This document shows, piece after piece, positions 1 to 7,750 of a stretch of DNA of 11,693 nt (the stretch's first letter is position 1; the number at the start of each line of letters is the position of its first letter). Under the pieces are notes generated by a model, which worked only from the letters and a program-made list of their open reading frames with translations, was not told the DNA's origin and searched no databases. The stretch is from Fidelibacterota bacterium (GTDB lineage Bacteria; Fidelibacterota; Marinisomatia; Marinisomatales; JABMOV01). The stretch lies in NCBI GenBank assembly GCA_046861395.1, contig JBHHUC010000062.1:1-11693 (forward strand). Reading direction: 5' to 3'. The translations under genes and the position numbers were made by a program.

Positions 1-767
1 AAGCGTTTTATCGGACTGTGTATGAATCTATTCCCTATATTTATACCATCACCAGCAGTGATTATCTGAATCTGGAAAAAATTGTTAGACCGCACCACGG
101 ACCTCGTATTCGTGTCTTGGGAAATCCTCGTTATGATGAGGTAAAATCACAGGCCGACCAGTTTACCGAACGGCATACTATTTCCGTATTGTTGCGGACA
201 CAACGGCTAGTGGTGGGAAGTGTCTGGCCGGAAGATCAGGCCGTTATTATAGAGCCCATACTTACTCTTCTGAAAATGTATCCCGCCTTGAAACTGTTGT
301 GGGTACCGCATGAGCCGTCGGATAAATACGTGCAAAAAATTGCCCGTCTATTCGAAACTGCCGACTTGGAATTGTCCTATTATAAATCGCGAAAAATAAA
401 GAAAATTCCTGATACGAAGGTGGTCATCGTTACATCAGTGGGTGTTCTGTCCCGACTCTACTGGCAGGGGCAATTTGCCTATGTGGGTGGGGGATTTTCC
501 ACCGGTGTGCATAATGTCATGGAACCGGCTATTGCCCGATTGCCAGTGTTTTTCGGTCCTAAAAATCAAAATTCCCCAGAGGCGCAGGCTCTCATTGATG
601 CCGGTGGAGGGCAGGCCATCACCAGGGGGGAGGAGTTTTATACGGCCATTTCACGCCTGCTTGAGGATAAAAATGCGTTTTTAGCAGCCAGTTTGGCCGC
701 CACTGATGTGATTCATAAGAACCTGGGATCTGCCACACGGGTCGTAAGGAGTATCCTGCGTGACTAA
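1..767 (+). CDS. waaA: 3-deoxy-D-manno-octulosonic acid (Kdo) transferase, C-terminal part (5'-truncated by window edge)
   Basis: Frame is open from base 3 (AFYRTVYESI...), so the real start is upstream. GT30/KdtA-like motifs: GNPRYD, GSVWPED, VPHEP, GVLSRLY, AYVGGGF-x2-GVHNVMEPA, VFFGP. Stop TAA 765-767. Confidence 0.88.
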   Translation, partial: AFYRTVYESIPYIYTITSSDYLNLEKIVRPHHGPRIRVLGNPRYDEVKSQADQFTERHTISVLLRTQRLVVGSVWPEDQAVIIEPILTLLKMYPALKLLWVPHEPSDKYVQKIARLFETADLELSYYKSRKIKKIPDTKVVIVTSVGVLSRLYWQGQFAYVGGGFSTGVHNVMEPAIARLPVFFGPKNQNSPEAQALIDAGGGQAITRGEEFYTAISRLLEDKNAFLAASLAATDVIHKNLGSATRVVRSILRD

Positions 768-2073
768 AACGCTGCGGACGACGATTCATTTCCATAAATT
801 CCGGGAAGACCCAATTCAGATTGAATTTCAGTCGGGACTGCACCTGATTCTGGGAGAAGCCGGTGTGGGGAAATCGGCGTTTATTCAACAGCTCGCGGGC
901 CAGCATGAAGTAAAGGCGAATTTTAGAGTTAAAGTGTTGGGACAAAGCGGGCGTTTACGGATTGTCCCACAGAATCCTGACAATCAACTCATGAACCCCA
1001 CATTGGGGGATGAATTGGCCTTTACCGAGGAATGTACCGGAATACCGGACAATATTATCCGAGCCAATATTCAACGACAGGTCGAAGTGTGGCCATTTTT
1101 AAGCGATCTCGGTCGGCATCCTGACACACTGAGCGGGGGTGAAAAGGAAATTCTTAACCTTATCACGGCCTATTCCGAAACACCGGACATTTTACTTCTA
1201 GATGATAGTCTGTCTTTTCTGTCCCCCACGATGAAGGAACACGTCCATCGCAGGATTTTCATGCCTTTCCTTGCCGCCGGAAAGACAATCCTGTGGTTTT
1301 CCCCTGATCCGGCCGACCTGAAATACGGGAAATTTCACTGGGAATTAACGCTATCTGCATTTACACCGCTGGCAGTCCAAGCAAAAACGACCTACCATTT
1401 CCCCGCCCCTAAACCAGGTTACCTGTCCTGTCGCATGGATGATCTGCAAGTGACCCTGGGTACTCGTAATATTATTAAGGGACTTTCCTGCCATGGGACG
1501 GGAATTCGTTGTCTGGGAATCAGCGGTGAAAACGGATCGGGGAAAACGACACTGGCCAAAGTGATCCTGGGACTACAAAATGTTGAAGGCTATGGGATCG
1601 ATGTCTTGGTGCACGGGAAAAAACCCAAAATAGGTTATCTAGATCAGTTTCCGGAACGATTAACCGGGGTAACAACGGTAGATTCGTTTCTACACAAATT
1701 GCAGGAACATGGTATTCTACATGAACGGGGAAAAGAAGCGTTTTTCAGACAACTGTCACATCACAATATTTCCTGGAAGGCGGTACGGTCGATTCCCACC
1801 GATCAATTGTCATGGACCCTGATCCGGTTCATCCTGATCATGATTTTTATCCACTGTGATTTCGACCTGTTGATTCTTGACGAACCTACTTTTGGATTGG
1901 GCCATGGTGACAAGCTAACTTTGGGTGCTATTCTCGCTGAATATTTACACGTAAAACATGCTATTCTTATCTCGCATGATATTGCATTTCTTCGGGGGGT
2001 ATGTGATACAATCCTGTCTTTGGAACATCGTGCAATTGTTTCCGTGAAAGAATCCAAAATCATTCATGGCTGA
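760..2073 (+). CDS. Tandem two-NBD ABC ATPase, ECF (EcfA/EcfA' fused, YkoD-like) type, one site degenerate
   Basis: GTG start with SD AAGGAG at 746-751. NBD1: Walker A GEAGVGKS, Q-loop PQNPDNQL, TLGDELAF, LSGGE, LLLDD. NBD2: GENGSGKTT, DQFPE, LSWTL, LILDEPTFGL, ISHD. Confidence 0.85.
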   Translation: MTKTLRTTIHFHKFREDPIQIEFQSGLHLILGEAGVGKSAFIQQLAGQHEVKANFRVKVLGQSGRLRIVPQNPDNQLMNPTLGDELAFTEECTGIPDNIIRANIQRQVEVWPFLSDLGRHPDTLSGGEKEILNLITAYSETPDILLLDDSLSFLSPTMKEHVHRRIFMPFLAAGKTILWFSPDPADLKYGKFHWELTLSAFTPLAVQAKTTYHFPAPKPGYLSCRMDDLQVTLGTRNIIKGLSCHGTGIRCLGISGENGSGKTTLAKVILGLQNVEGYGIDVLVHGKKPKIGYLDQFPERLTGVTTVDSFLHKLQEHGILHERGKEAFFRQLSHHNISWKAVRSIPTDQLSWTLIRFILIMIFIHCDFDLLILDEPTFGLGHGDKLTLGAILAEYLHVKHAILISHDIAFLRGVCDTILSLEHRAIVSVKESKIIHG

Positions 2074-2629
2074 AAAAGTAAAAATAACCGATCCTACCCG
2101 GGTATTGACCCTGGCGAACCTCATCAGTCTGATGCGGGCCATGTTGGCCATACCCATTATCTATTCCCTGCGTGATCCCGGGCATGGAAAGTATACTTTC
2201 GCATTAATCCTGATGGCCGTATTGTCTGATGCTCTGGACGGCTTTTTCGCACGGAAAGCACACGAAGTTACTCACATCGGGAAGTGGCTGGATCCGATTG
2301 CCGATTTCATAGTCATTATTACGGTGGTGTATTTCCTGGTGCTGTTCGAACGTTTCCCAGCCTGGTTCTTCTATGTATATTTGATAAGGTATATATTGAT
2401 CGCTTTACCGGCAATATACTTGATCAATCATACTGATTTTGTGTTACAGGCTAATTGGCCGGGGAAATGGGCGGCAGGAATTACAGCTCTGACGGTAACG
2501 CTGCATATTTTTCCCATTCCCTGGTTGCATTCACTGAAAATTGCCGCGATGGTTACAGCTTTTATTCTGCTCATTTGGAGTCTGGCGAAATATTTTATCC
2601 TCTTTATACATGAATTAAAAAAGTTATAG
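2066..2629 (+). CDS. pgsA: CDP-alcohol phosphatidyltransferase, probably phosphatidylglycerophosphate synthase
   Basis: Family signature D-x2-DG-x2-AR...G-x3-D-x3-D (SDALDGFFARKAHEVTHIGKWLDPIAD), N-terminal ANLISLMR, several hydrophobic helices; overlaps the upstream gene by 8 nt. Family is secure, exact acceptor substrate is not. Confidence 0.75.
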   Translation: MAEKVKITDPTRVLTLANLISLMRAMLAIPIIYSLRDPGHGKYTFALILMAVLSDALDGFFARKAHEVTHIGKWLDPIADFIVIITVVYFLVLFERFPAWFFYVYLIRYILIALPAIYLINHTDFVLQANWPGKWAAGITALTVTLHIFPIPWLHSLKIAAMVTAFILLIWSLAKYFILFIHELKKL

Positions 2630-2630
2630 T

Positions 2631-3515
2631 ATGGCATTCATAAGATCTTTATTCCAGGCTTTGGAAAAGACCAGGACCTCGATTAGTGAGGTTTTTTTAC
2701 AATTAAAAGGGAAGCGTGTTCCGGAAGAAGTTCTGGATGATCTGGAATTCAAGTTAATATCGGCCGATATGGGTATGACAACCGTCAATGAAATCATGGA
2801 TCTGGTGAACCGCTATCGTGGTATGGATGTCAGGGCGGAAGTCAGTGATATGCTGGTGCGAAAACTCCCAGCCGATCTCCCTGATCTGGCCGCTAAACCG
2901 TCGGTGATTGTACTCATCGTCGGGGTAAACGGGACGGGAAAGACGACAACAACGGCCAAATTGGCGTCCTTTTTTAAGCGTCAGGGAAAATCCGTTCTGT
3001 TGGTTGGGACGGATACCTACCGGGCCGGTGCGGTGGAACAACTCCGTGTCTGGTCGGAACGGATTGGCATCCGGCTGGTTTGCAACGAAAAGTCACGGGA
3101 ACCATCGGCCGTACTGTTTGACGGCTTGGTGGCGGCCCGGTCATCCCGGGCGGACGTTGTCATCGTTGATACGGCGGGGCGTTTGCATACCTACAAGAAT
3201 CTCATGGATGAGTTAGGGAAAATGTATCGGATCATTCAGCAGAAATTTTCTGATTTCACATTGAAAACGCTCATTACCATCGATGCCAACCTGGGACAGA
3301 ATTCCCTGATTCAGGCCCGGCAATTTTCGACGTACGGCCAAATTGATGGTGCGATTCTCACAAAAATGGATGGTACGGCCAAAGGAGGGATTGTTTTTCC
3401 ACTCTATGACGAACTGAAAATACCCGTCCTGTTCATTGGAACCGGAGAACAATTAACTGACATCAATGCCTTTGATCGCCGGGATTATGTCCATTCATTA
3501 ATTGGGGAAGAATGA
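2631..3515 (+). CDS. ftsY: Signal recognition particle receptor FtsY (NG domains only, no acidic A domain)
   Basis: SRP-GTPase motifs GVNGTGKTTT, DTYRAGA, DTAGRLH, TKMDGTAKGG, FIGTGE; N-terminal amphipathic helix FIRSLFQALEKTR; no C-terminal M domain, so not Ffh. Confidence 0.96.
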   Translation: MAFIRSLFQALEKTRTSISEVFLQLKGKRVPEEVLDDLEFKLISADMGMTTVNEIMDLVNRYRGMDVRAEVSDMLVRKLPADLPDLAAKPSVIVLIVGVNGTGKTTTTAKLASFFKRQGKSVLLVGTDTYRAGAVEQLRVWSERIGIRLVCNEKSREPSAVLFDGLVAARSSRADVVIVDTAGRLHTYKNLMDELGKMYRIIQQKFSDFTLKTLITIDANLGQNSLIQARQFSTYGQIDGAILTKMDGTAKGGIVFPLYDELKIPVLFIGTGEQLTDINAFDRRDYVHSLIGEE

Positions 3516-4816
3516 GTAAACTTTCGGTCAATATTATCAGCCTGGGCTGTGCCAAGAATCTGGTAGATTCGGAAATCCTGATCGGTGGATTGAAAAAGTC
3601 CAATATTTCCATCACTGATGATCCCGAGGATGCTGGAACAGTCATCATAAATACTTGTGGCTTTCTCGATCAAGCCCGGGAAGAATCCATTGATGTCATT
3701 CTCCAGGCAGCGACCTTGAAGAAGGAGAAAAAAATAGATCAATTGGTTGTGGTCGGTTGTCTTTCGGAACGGTATCCTGAGGAACTGAAAGCTGAGATTC
3801 CCGAGGTGGATCGGTTTTTCGGAACCAGCGATCATCGCAAGATAGTATCATTTCTCACTGGTAAAGATTATGCCAGGGATGATCCCATGTTCTGGCGTTC
3901 CCTGTTGACGCCCAGTCATTATGCCTATCTGAAAATTGCCGAAGGCTGTGACAATGGGTGTTCTTTTTGCAGCATTCCCATCATGCGGGGTAAGCAGATC
4001 AGCCGGCCCATTGCCGGGGTCGTGGCGGAAGCGACCCGTCTGGTGGAAAATGGCGTAAAGGAATTGCTGGTGATTGCCCAGGATTCGACATCGTACGGTT
4101 GGGATTTACCGGGGAAAGTCTATTTAAGTGATCTTATTGTCGCACTGGATGAATTACCTGATCCTCTGGAATGGATTCGTATCCATTATGCCCATCCGGC
4201 CCATCTTGCGGACCGGATCATTCAATCGCTGGCTAGGACCCATAAAGCTGTGCATTATATTGATTTGCCCATTCAACATGCCTCGGACCGTATTTTGAAA
4301 TCCATGAATCGCGGTTTGAATCAGGATGGTATCAGGAAACGTATTGATTTTCTGAAACAAGCTATTCCCGATATCCGTATTCGCACCACGGTCATCGTGG
4401 GCTATCCGGGGGAAACGGATGGGGACTTTAATGCATTATACAATTTCCTGAATGAAATGGCATTTGACCGATTGGGCATTTTCACCTATTCCGAGGAAGA
4501 GGGTACATCTGCTGCTGGGCTGGACGATAATGTTCCCCGAGAAGTAAAGGACGAACGGAAGGCCGTTCTGACTGATCTGTTTCATGACCAGTCGGCAGAA
4601 AAAAATAAGCGATTTGAGGGAAATACTATGAAAGTCCTGATTGATGAAGTCGGAACGGATATTTCCGTCGGACGGACAGAATACGATTCCCCGGAAGTGG
4701 ATAATATTGTACGCGTTTCAGGAAAATGTACGGTGGGTGAATTTGTGCCGGTGAAGATTGATTCTTCGAATGCTTACGAACTGATCGGCCACGTTTCAGA
4801 CTCGTCAATAAAATGA
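3512..4816 (+). CDS. rimO: Ribosomal protein uS12 methylthiotransferase (radical SAM)
   Basis: UPF0004 motifs SLGCAKNLVDSE, NTCGF, GCLSERY; radical SAM KIAEGCDNGCSFCSIP (CxxxCxxC); YIDLPIQH; C-terminal TRAM region GRTEYDSPEVD; ATGA overlap with ftsY. Confidence 0.96.
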   Translation: MSKLSVNIISLGCAKNLVDSEILIGGLKKSNISITDDPEDAGTVIINTCGFLDQAREESIDVILQAATLKKEKKIDQLVVVGCLSERYPEELKAEIPEVDRFFGTSDHRKIVSFLTGKDYARDDPMFWRSLLTPSHYAYLKIAEGCDNGCSFCSIPIMRGKQISRPIAGVVAEATRLVENGVKELLVIAQDSTSYGWDLPGKVYLSDLIVALDELPDPLEWIRIHYAHPAHLADRIIQSLARTHKAVHYIDLPIQHASDRILKSMNRGLNQDGIRKRIDFLKQAIPDIRIRTTVIVGYPGETDGDFNALYNFLNEMAFDRLGIFTYSEEEGTSAAGLDDNVPREVKDERKAVLTDLFHDQSAEKNKRFEGNTMKVLIDEVGTDISVGRTEYDSPEVDNIVRVSGKCTVGEFVPVKIDSSNAYELIGHVSDSSIK

Positions 4817-4851
4817 TAACGATTATGATCCGGTGGTTGTAAATTATCAGA

Positions 4852-4860
4852 TGGTAGACT
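4852..4860 (+). promoter_or_regulatory. Possible extended -10 promoter element (TGgTAGACT)
   Basis: TGn followed by TAGACT (4/6 match to TATAAT with conserved T, A and final T), ending 7 nt before ATG 4868; no recognisable -35. Confidence 0.3.
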
Positions 4861-4867
4861 GGAAGTG

Positions 4868-6529
4868 ATGCGAAAGAAAATCATACAGCTGTTAATATTC
4901 TGTGTTCTGTTTTCGGGATTCCCATTCAGTAGTGGAACACTGACTGGACAGGAGAAGGCCAAGCAAGGGACTGTCCGGAAAAAACGACTACCCCAGAAAT
5001 CATCCCGAAAGAAGCCGAAAGCACGAAAAAAACGACCGGCGAACAAAGCTCCCCGCGGGAAGACCAGGCCGAAGACCGGCAAAAAGCGTCCGGTGAAAAA
5101 ACAAACGTCCAAAAAAGCTTCGGCTAGGAAACGGCCGCCTAATCAATCGGCAAAAAAACGTCGTCCACCGTCCCGACGAAAGAAACCGGCACCAAGCCAG
5201 GCCAAACCGACCAAAGCGGCTCCCACCAAACTACCCCCCAACATTAATGCGGGTAAACTTTCCACTGAATTATACACGTTGACTGAAAAACTGGAATCCA
5301 GTACCCGGCAGCTGGCTCATGCCACGTCTTATCTGGAACCATATAACCGAAAGCAAATCATTAAAATAGATAGTCGAAACGCGCCAGTTCCACTTCAGAA
5401 ACTGGAGCAGAATGTATTCGCCAATCCTGATGATGTGAAAGGGTTGCGTGATCTGGGACTACGTTATGAGAACGAAGAACGATACGAAGATGCCAAGGAT
5501 GTGTATCTGCGCGCGATAGCGCGGCATCCGGAGAATCCGGATCATCATTATTATTTAGGCCGCATCTATCAGCTAACCGGACAAACGACATTGGCCAGGC
5601 AGGCCTATGAAGAAGCACTTGAAATTGATCCCAGTCATACAGCCACACTCAATGCCCTCAGCGTAATAAACGGACGTCCTGCCGAACCGAAAAATGAATA
5701 TTATGATGAAAAAACTACGACCACACGTGATAGTCCGGGTGGCAAGATTGAACATTTGCGAGATTTGTTGTCGGACCGGAAATACGAAGATGTCATTCGC
5801 TATGCCGATGAAGCGCTGGAAGTCTTTCCTGATCAGAGCAGCATTTATTATTTGAAGGGGTTGGCCTATGAAGAACTAGGCGAAAGCGCTGCTGCCAAAT
5901 CGGCTTATCAGAAAGCCATTCATCTGGACTCTAAAAATGCCGATGCCCATATCGCTCTGGCCAATCATTATTTCAGTGAAGGAAAATATATTTACGCCGC
6001 CTTGTCATTCGGTGATGCCGTCATGCTGAATCCCGGTGACAAGGACAGTCGTTACATGGAAGGCCTGGCCTACTATAACGCCAGCGAATGGAAAAGAGCC
6101 GTCCGGTCCTGGGAAAAACTCTATCGAGTTGAGCCGGGACACCCGCTCTTGAAAGTCTTGTTGCCACAAACCTATTATTTACTGGCCGTGGAATACAACC
6201 GCATGGGGGAATCGCAGAAGGGGCGCAAAGCCTTTCAGCAGGCCCTCACAATCAATAATAATACAGGACAATGGTTGCCGGGTGCCTATCGGGCATTGGG
6301 GAATTATTATCGCAATTTAGGCCTTTATAACGAATCTTTATCGGCGTTTCAAGAGGCCGTGGAATTGCGACCCAATGATGCGGTTGCCTTCTTGGGGTTG
6401 GGAATTACATACTGGCGCATGCAGGAACCCCTGTTGGCCAAAGCTGCCTGGAAGCGGAGTCTGGAAATCAATCCGGAAAATAATGAAGCGCAGGGCTGGC
6501 TGCTCATTGCCGCCAATGATTCGAACTGA
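4868..6529 (+). CDS. Exported tetratricopeptide-repeat protein with N-terminal Lys/Arg/Pro-rich low-complexity region
   Basis: Start ATG 4868 (or GTG 4865). Signal peptide MRKKIIQLLIFCVLFSGFPF; basic tract 4955-5257; then roughly ten TPR units, e.g. YYLGRIYQLTGQTTLARQAYEEALEIDP, YYLKGLAYEELGESAAAKSAYQKAIHLDS, FLGLGITYWRMQEPLLAKAAWKRSLEINP. Confidence 0.88.
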   Translation: MRKKIIQLLIFCVLFSGFPFSSGTLTGQEKAKQGTVRKKRLPQKSSRKKPKARKKRPANKAPRGKTRPKTGKKRPVKKQTSKKASARKRPPNQSAKKRRPPSRRKKPAPSQAKPTKAAPTKLPPNINAGKLSTELYTLTEKLESSTRQLAHATSYLEPYNRKQIIKIDSRNAPVPLQKLEQNVFANPDDVKGLRDLGLRYENEERYEDAKDVYLRAIARHPENPDHHYYLGRIYQLTGQTTLARQAYEEALEIDPSHTATLNALSVINGRPAEPKNEYYDEKTTTTRDSPGGKIEHLRDLLSDRKYEDVIRYADEALEVFPDQSSIYYLKGLAYEELGESAAAKSAYQKAIHLDSKNADAHIALANHYFSEGKYIYAALSFGDAVMLNPGDKDSRYMEGLAYYNASEWKRAVRSWEKLYRVEPGHPLLKVLLPQTYYLLAVEYNRMGESQKGRKAFQQALTINNNTGQWLPGAYRALGNYYRNLGLYNESLSAFQEAVELRPNDAVAFLGLGITYWRMQEPLLAKAAWKRSLEINPENNEAQGWLLIAANDSN

Positions 6530-6555
6530 ATCTCATTAATCATCCCGTATTTCGT

Positions 6556-7683
6556 ATGAAAAATATCGTACTGATCCTTGTTCTGTGTTCTCAGTTTATC
6601 TTGTCTCAGTACCCGGGAGATGATATTGTTCGGCAGGGGGTTCATTTATTCTATAATTATGAAACCGACTCAGCCGTGGCTATTCTGACAACTGCCCGCG
6701 TGTCCTACCCGAATCATCCTGCCGTTCACCTGACCTGGGCTTCGGCCCGCTGGTTGAATAACCAAACCAGGCTGGATATTCAATCAACTTACACCTATCT
6801 GATGCAGGATCTAGACGAAATCATTCCGGTTTACGATCGTTTAATCGATTCTTTCCCTAATGATCCGCAATACCGTTTATATTTGGGTTCGGCCAAGGGA
6901 CTGAAAGCCCGGGTCCATCTGGGACGTAAGGAATGGTTTTCGACACTGGTGGCTGCTTATTCAGGATTTTCCATTATTCGTGATGTGGCCAAAAGAAATC
7001 CGGATATTCCTGACACGCAACTGCCCATCGGTATTGTGGAATATTATGCCAGCCTAAGCAATCCGGTGATTCGTTGGTCGGCATCTTTGTTCGGACTGGA
7101 AACCACGGCCGAAGCAGGACTTGAAAAAATAAAAAATGCCGCGGATAACGGTGAATGGTCCTGGATCGAGGCGTCCAGTATTTATGCGTTCCTTAATTTA
7201 TGGGTGGAAAACAGACCGGACACGGGATTGGTCTATGCGAAGAAGCTGATTCGGCATTTTCCCCGCAATTATTATTTCAATATCATGTATGTGGACGGTC
7301 TTTTGCGGACCGGAGCAGATGATGCAGCCCGAATACATCTGCAGAAATTGGAGCATGATCTATCCTCCCTGACTCAGATTCAGCAATCATGGTATCGACC
7401 GTACTGGATGTATGAAATGGCATATGCCAGTTTCTTGGAAAAGGATGACGATACGGCTCTGGAACTGGTGATGGCAGCCATTGATAATTATCAGGCCGAA
7501 CTCGATATTGTCCTGGCCAATGCCTATCTCTTGCTGGGAATGATTGAGGACAGGGCGGGGAACAGAGAAGCAGCGGTTGCCGCCTATTCCACCTGTGTGA
7601 ACCTGGGAAATTATGCTCATGCCATTTCGGAAGCTCGGCTATTCCTGGAAACACCGTTTGACGGCCAGGAGCATGATAATTAG
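6556..7683 (+). CDS. Exported TPR-like alpha-solenoid protein
   Basis: 375-aa ORF; signal peptide MKNIVLILVLCSQFILS; TPR-like helical pairs (FPNDPQYRLYLGSAKG; AYLLLGMIEDRAGNREAAVAAYSTCV). No SD visible upstream. Confidence 0.8.
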   Translation: MKNIVLILVLCSQFILSQYPGDDIVRQGVHLFYNYETDSAVAILTTARVSYPNHPAVHLTWASARWLNNQTRLDIQSTYTYLMQDLDEIIPVYDRLIDSFPNDPQYRLYLGSAKGLKARVHLGRKEWFSTLVAAYSGFSIIRDVAKRNPDIPDTQLPIGIVEYYASLSNPVIRWSASLFGLETTAEAGLEKIKNAADNGEWSWIEASSIYAFLNLWVENRPDTGLVYAKKLIRHFPRNYYFNIMYVDGLLRTGADDAARIHLQKLEHDLSSLTQIQQSWYRPYWMYEMAYASFLEKDDDTALELVMAAIDNYQAELDIVLANAYLLLGMIEDRAGNREAAVAAYSTCVNLGNYAHAISEARLFLETPFDGQEHDN

Positions 7684-7684
7684 T

Positions 7685-7750
7685 ATGGAGGATGATAACC
7701 GGCCGGAAGTAATTTCGGACAGGGAAAAGATTACACAGTATCAGGAATGA
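7685..7750 (+). CDS. Possible 21-aa small ORF (MEDDNRPEVISDREKITQYQE)
   Basis: Hand-translated. Starts 1 nt after the TPR stop and ends in an ATGA overlap with the ispG start. Confidence 0.3.
   Translation: MEDDNRPEVISDREKITQYQE

Noticed and set aside
2631..3515. Short FtsY as a truncated gene
   Set aside because: NG-only FtsY with an N-terminal membrane helix is a common natural form; all GTPase motifs are present.
4813..4868. Micro-ORFs MITIMIRWL (4813-4842) and MVDWK (4851-4868) overlapping neighbouring stop/start codons
   Set aside because: Too short to distinguish from chance; no SD.
4868..6590. Cys in the signal peptides of both TPR proteins as lipoboxes
   Set aside because: Preceded by bulky residues (IFC, VLC) and located within the hydrophobic region; SPI cleavage fits better.
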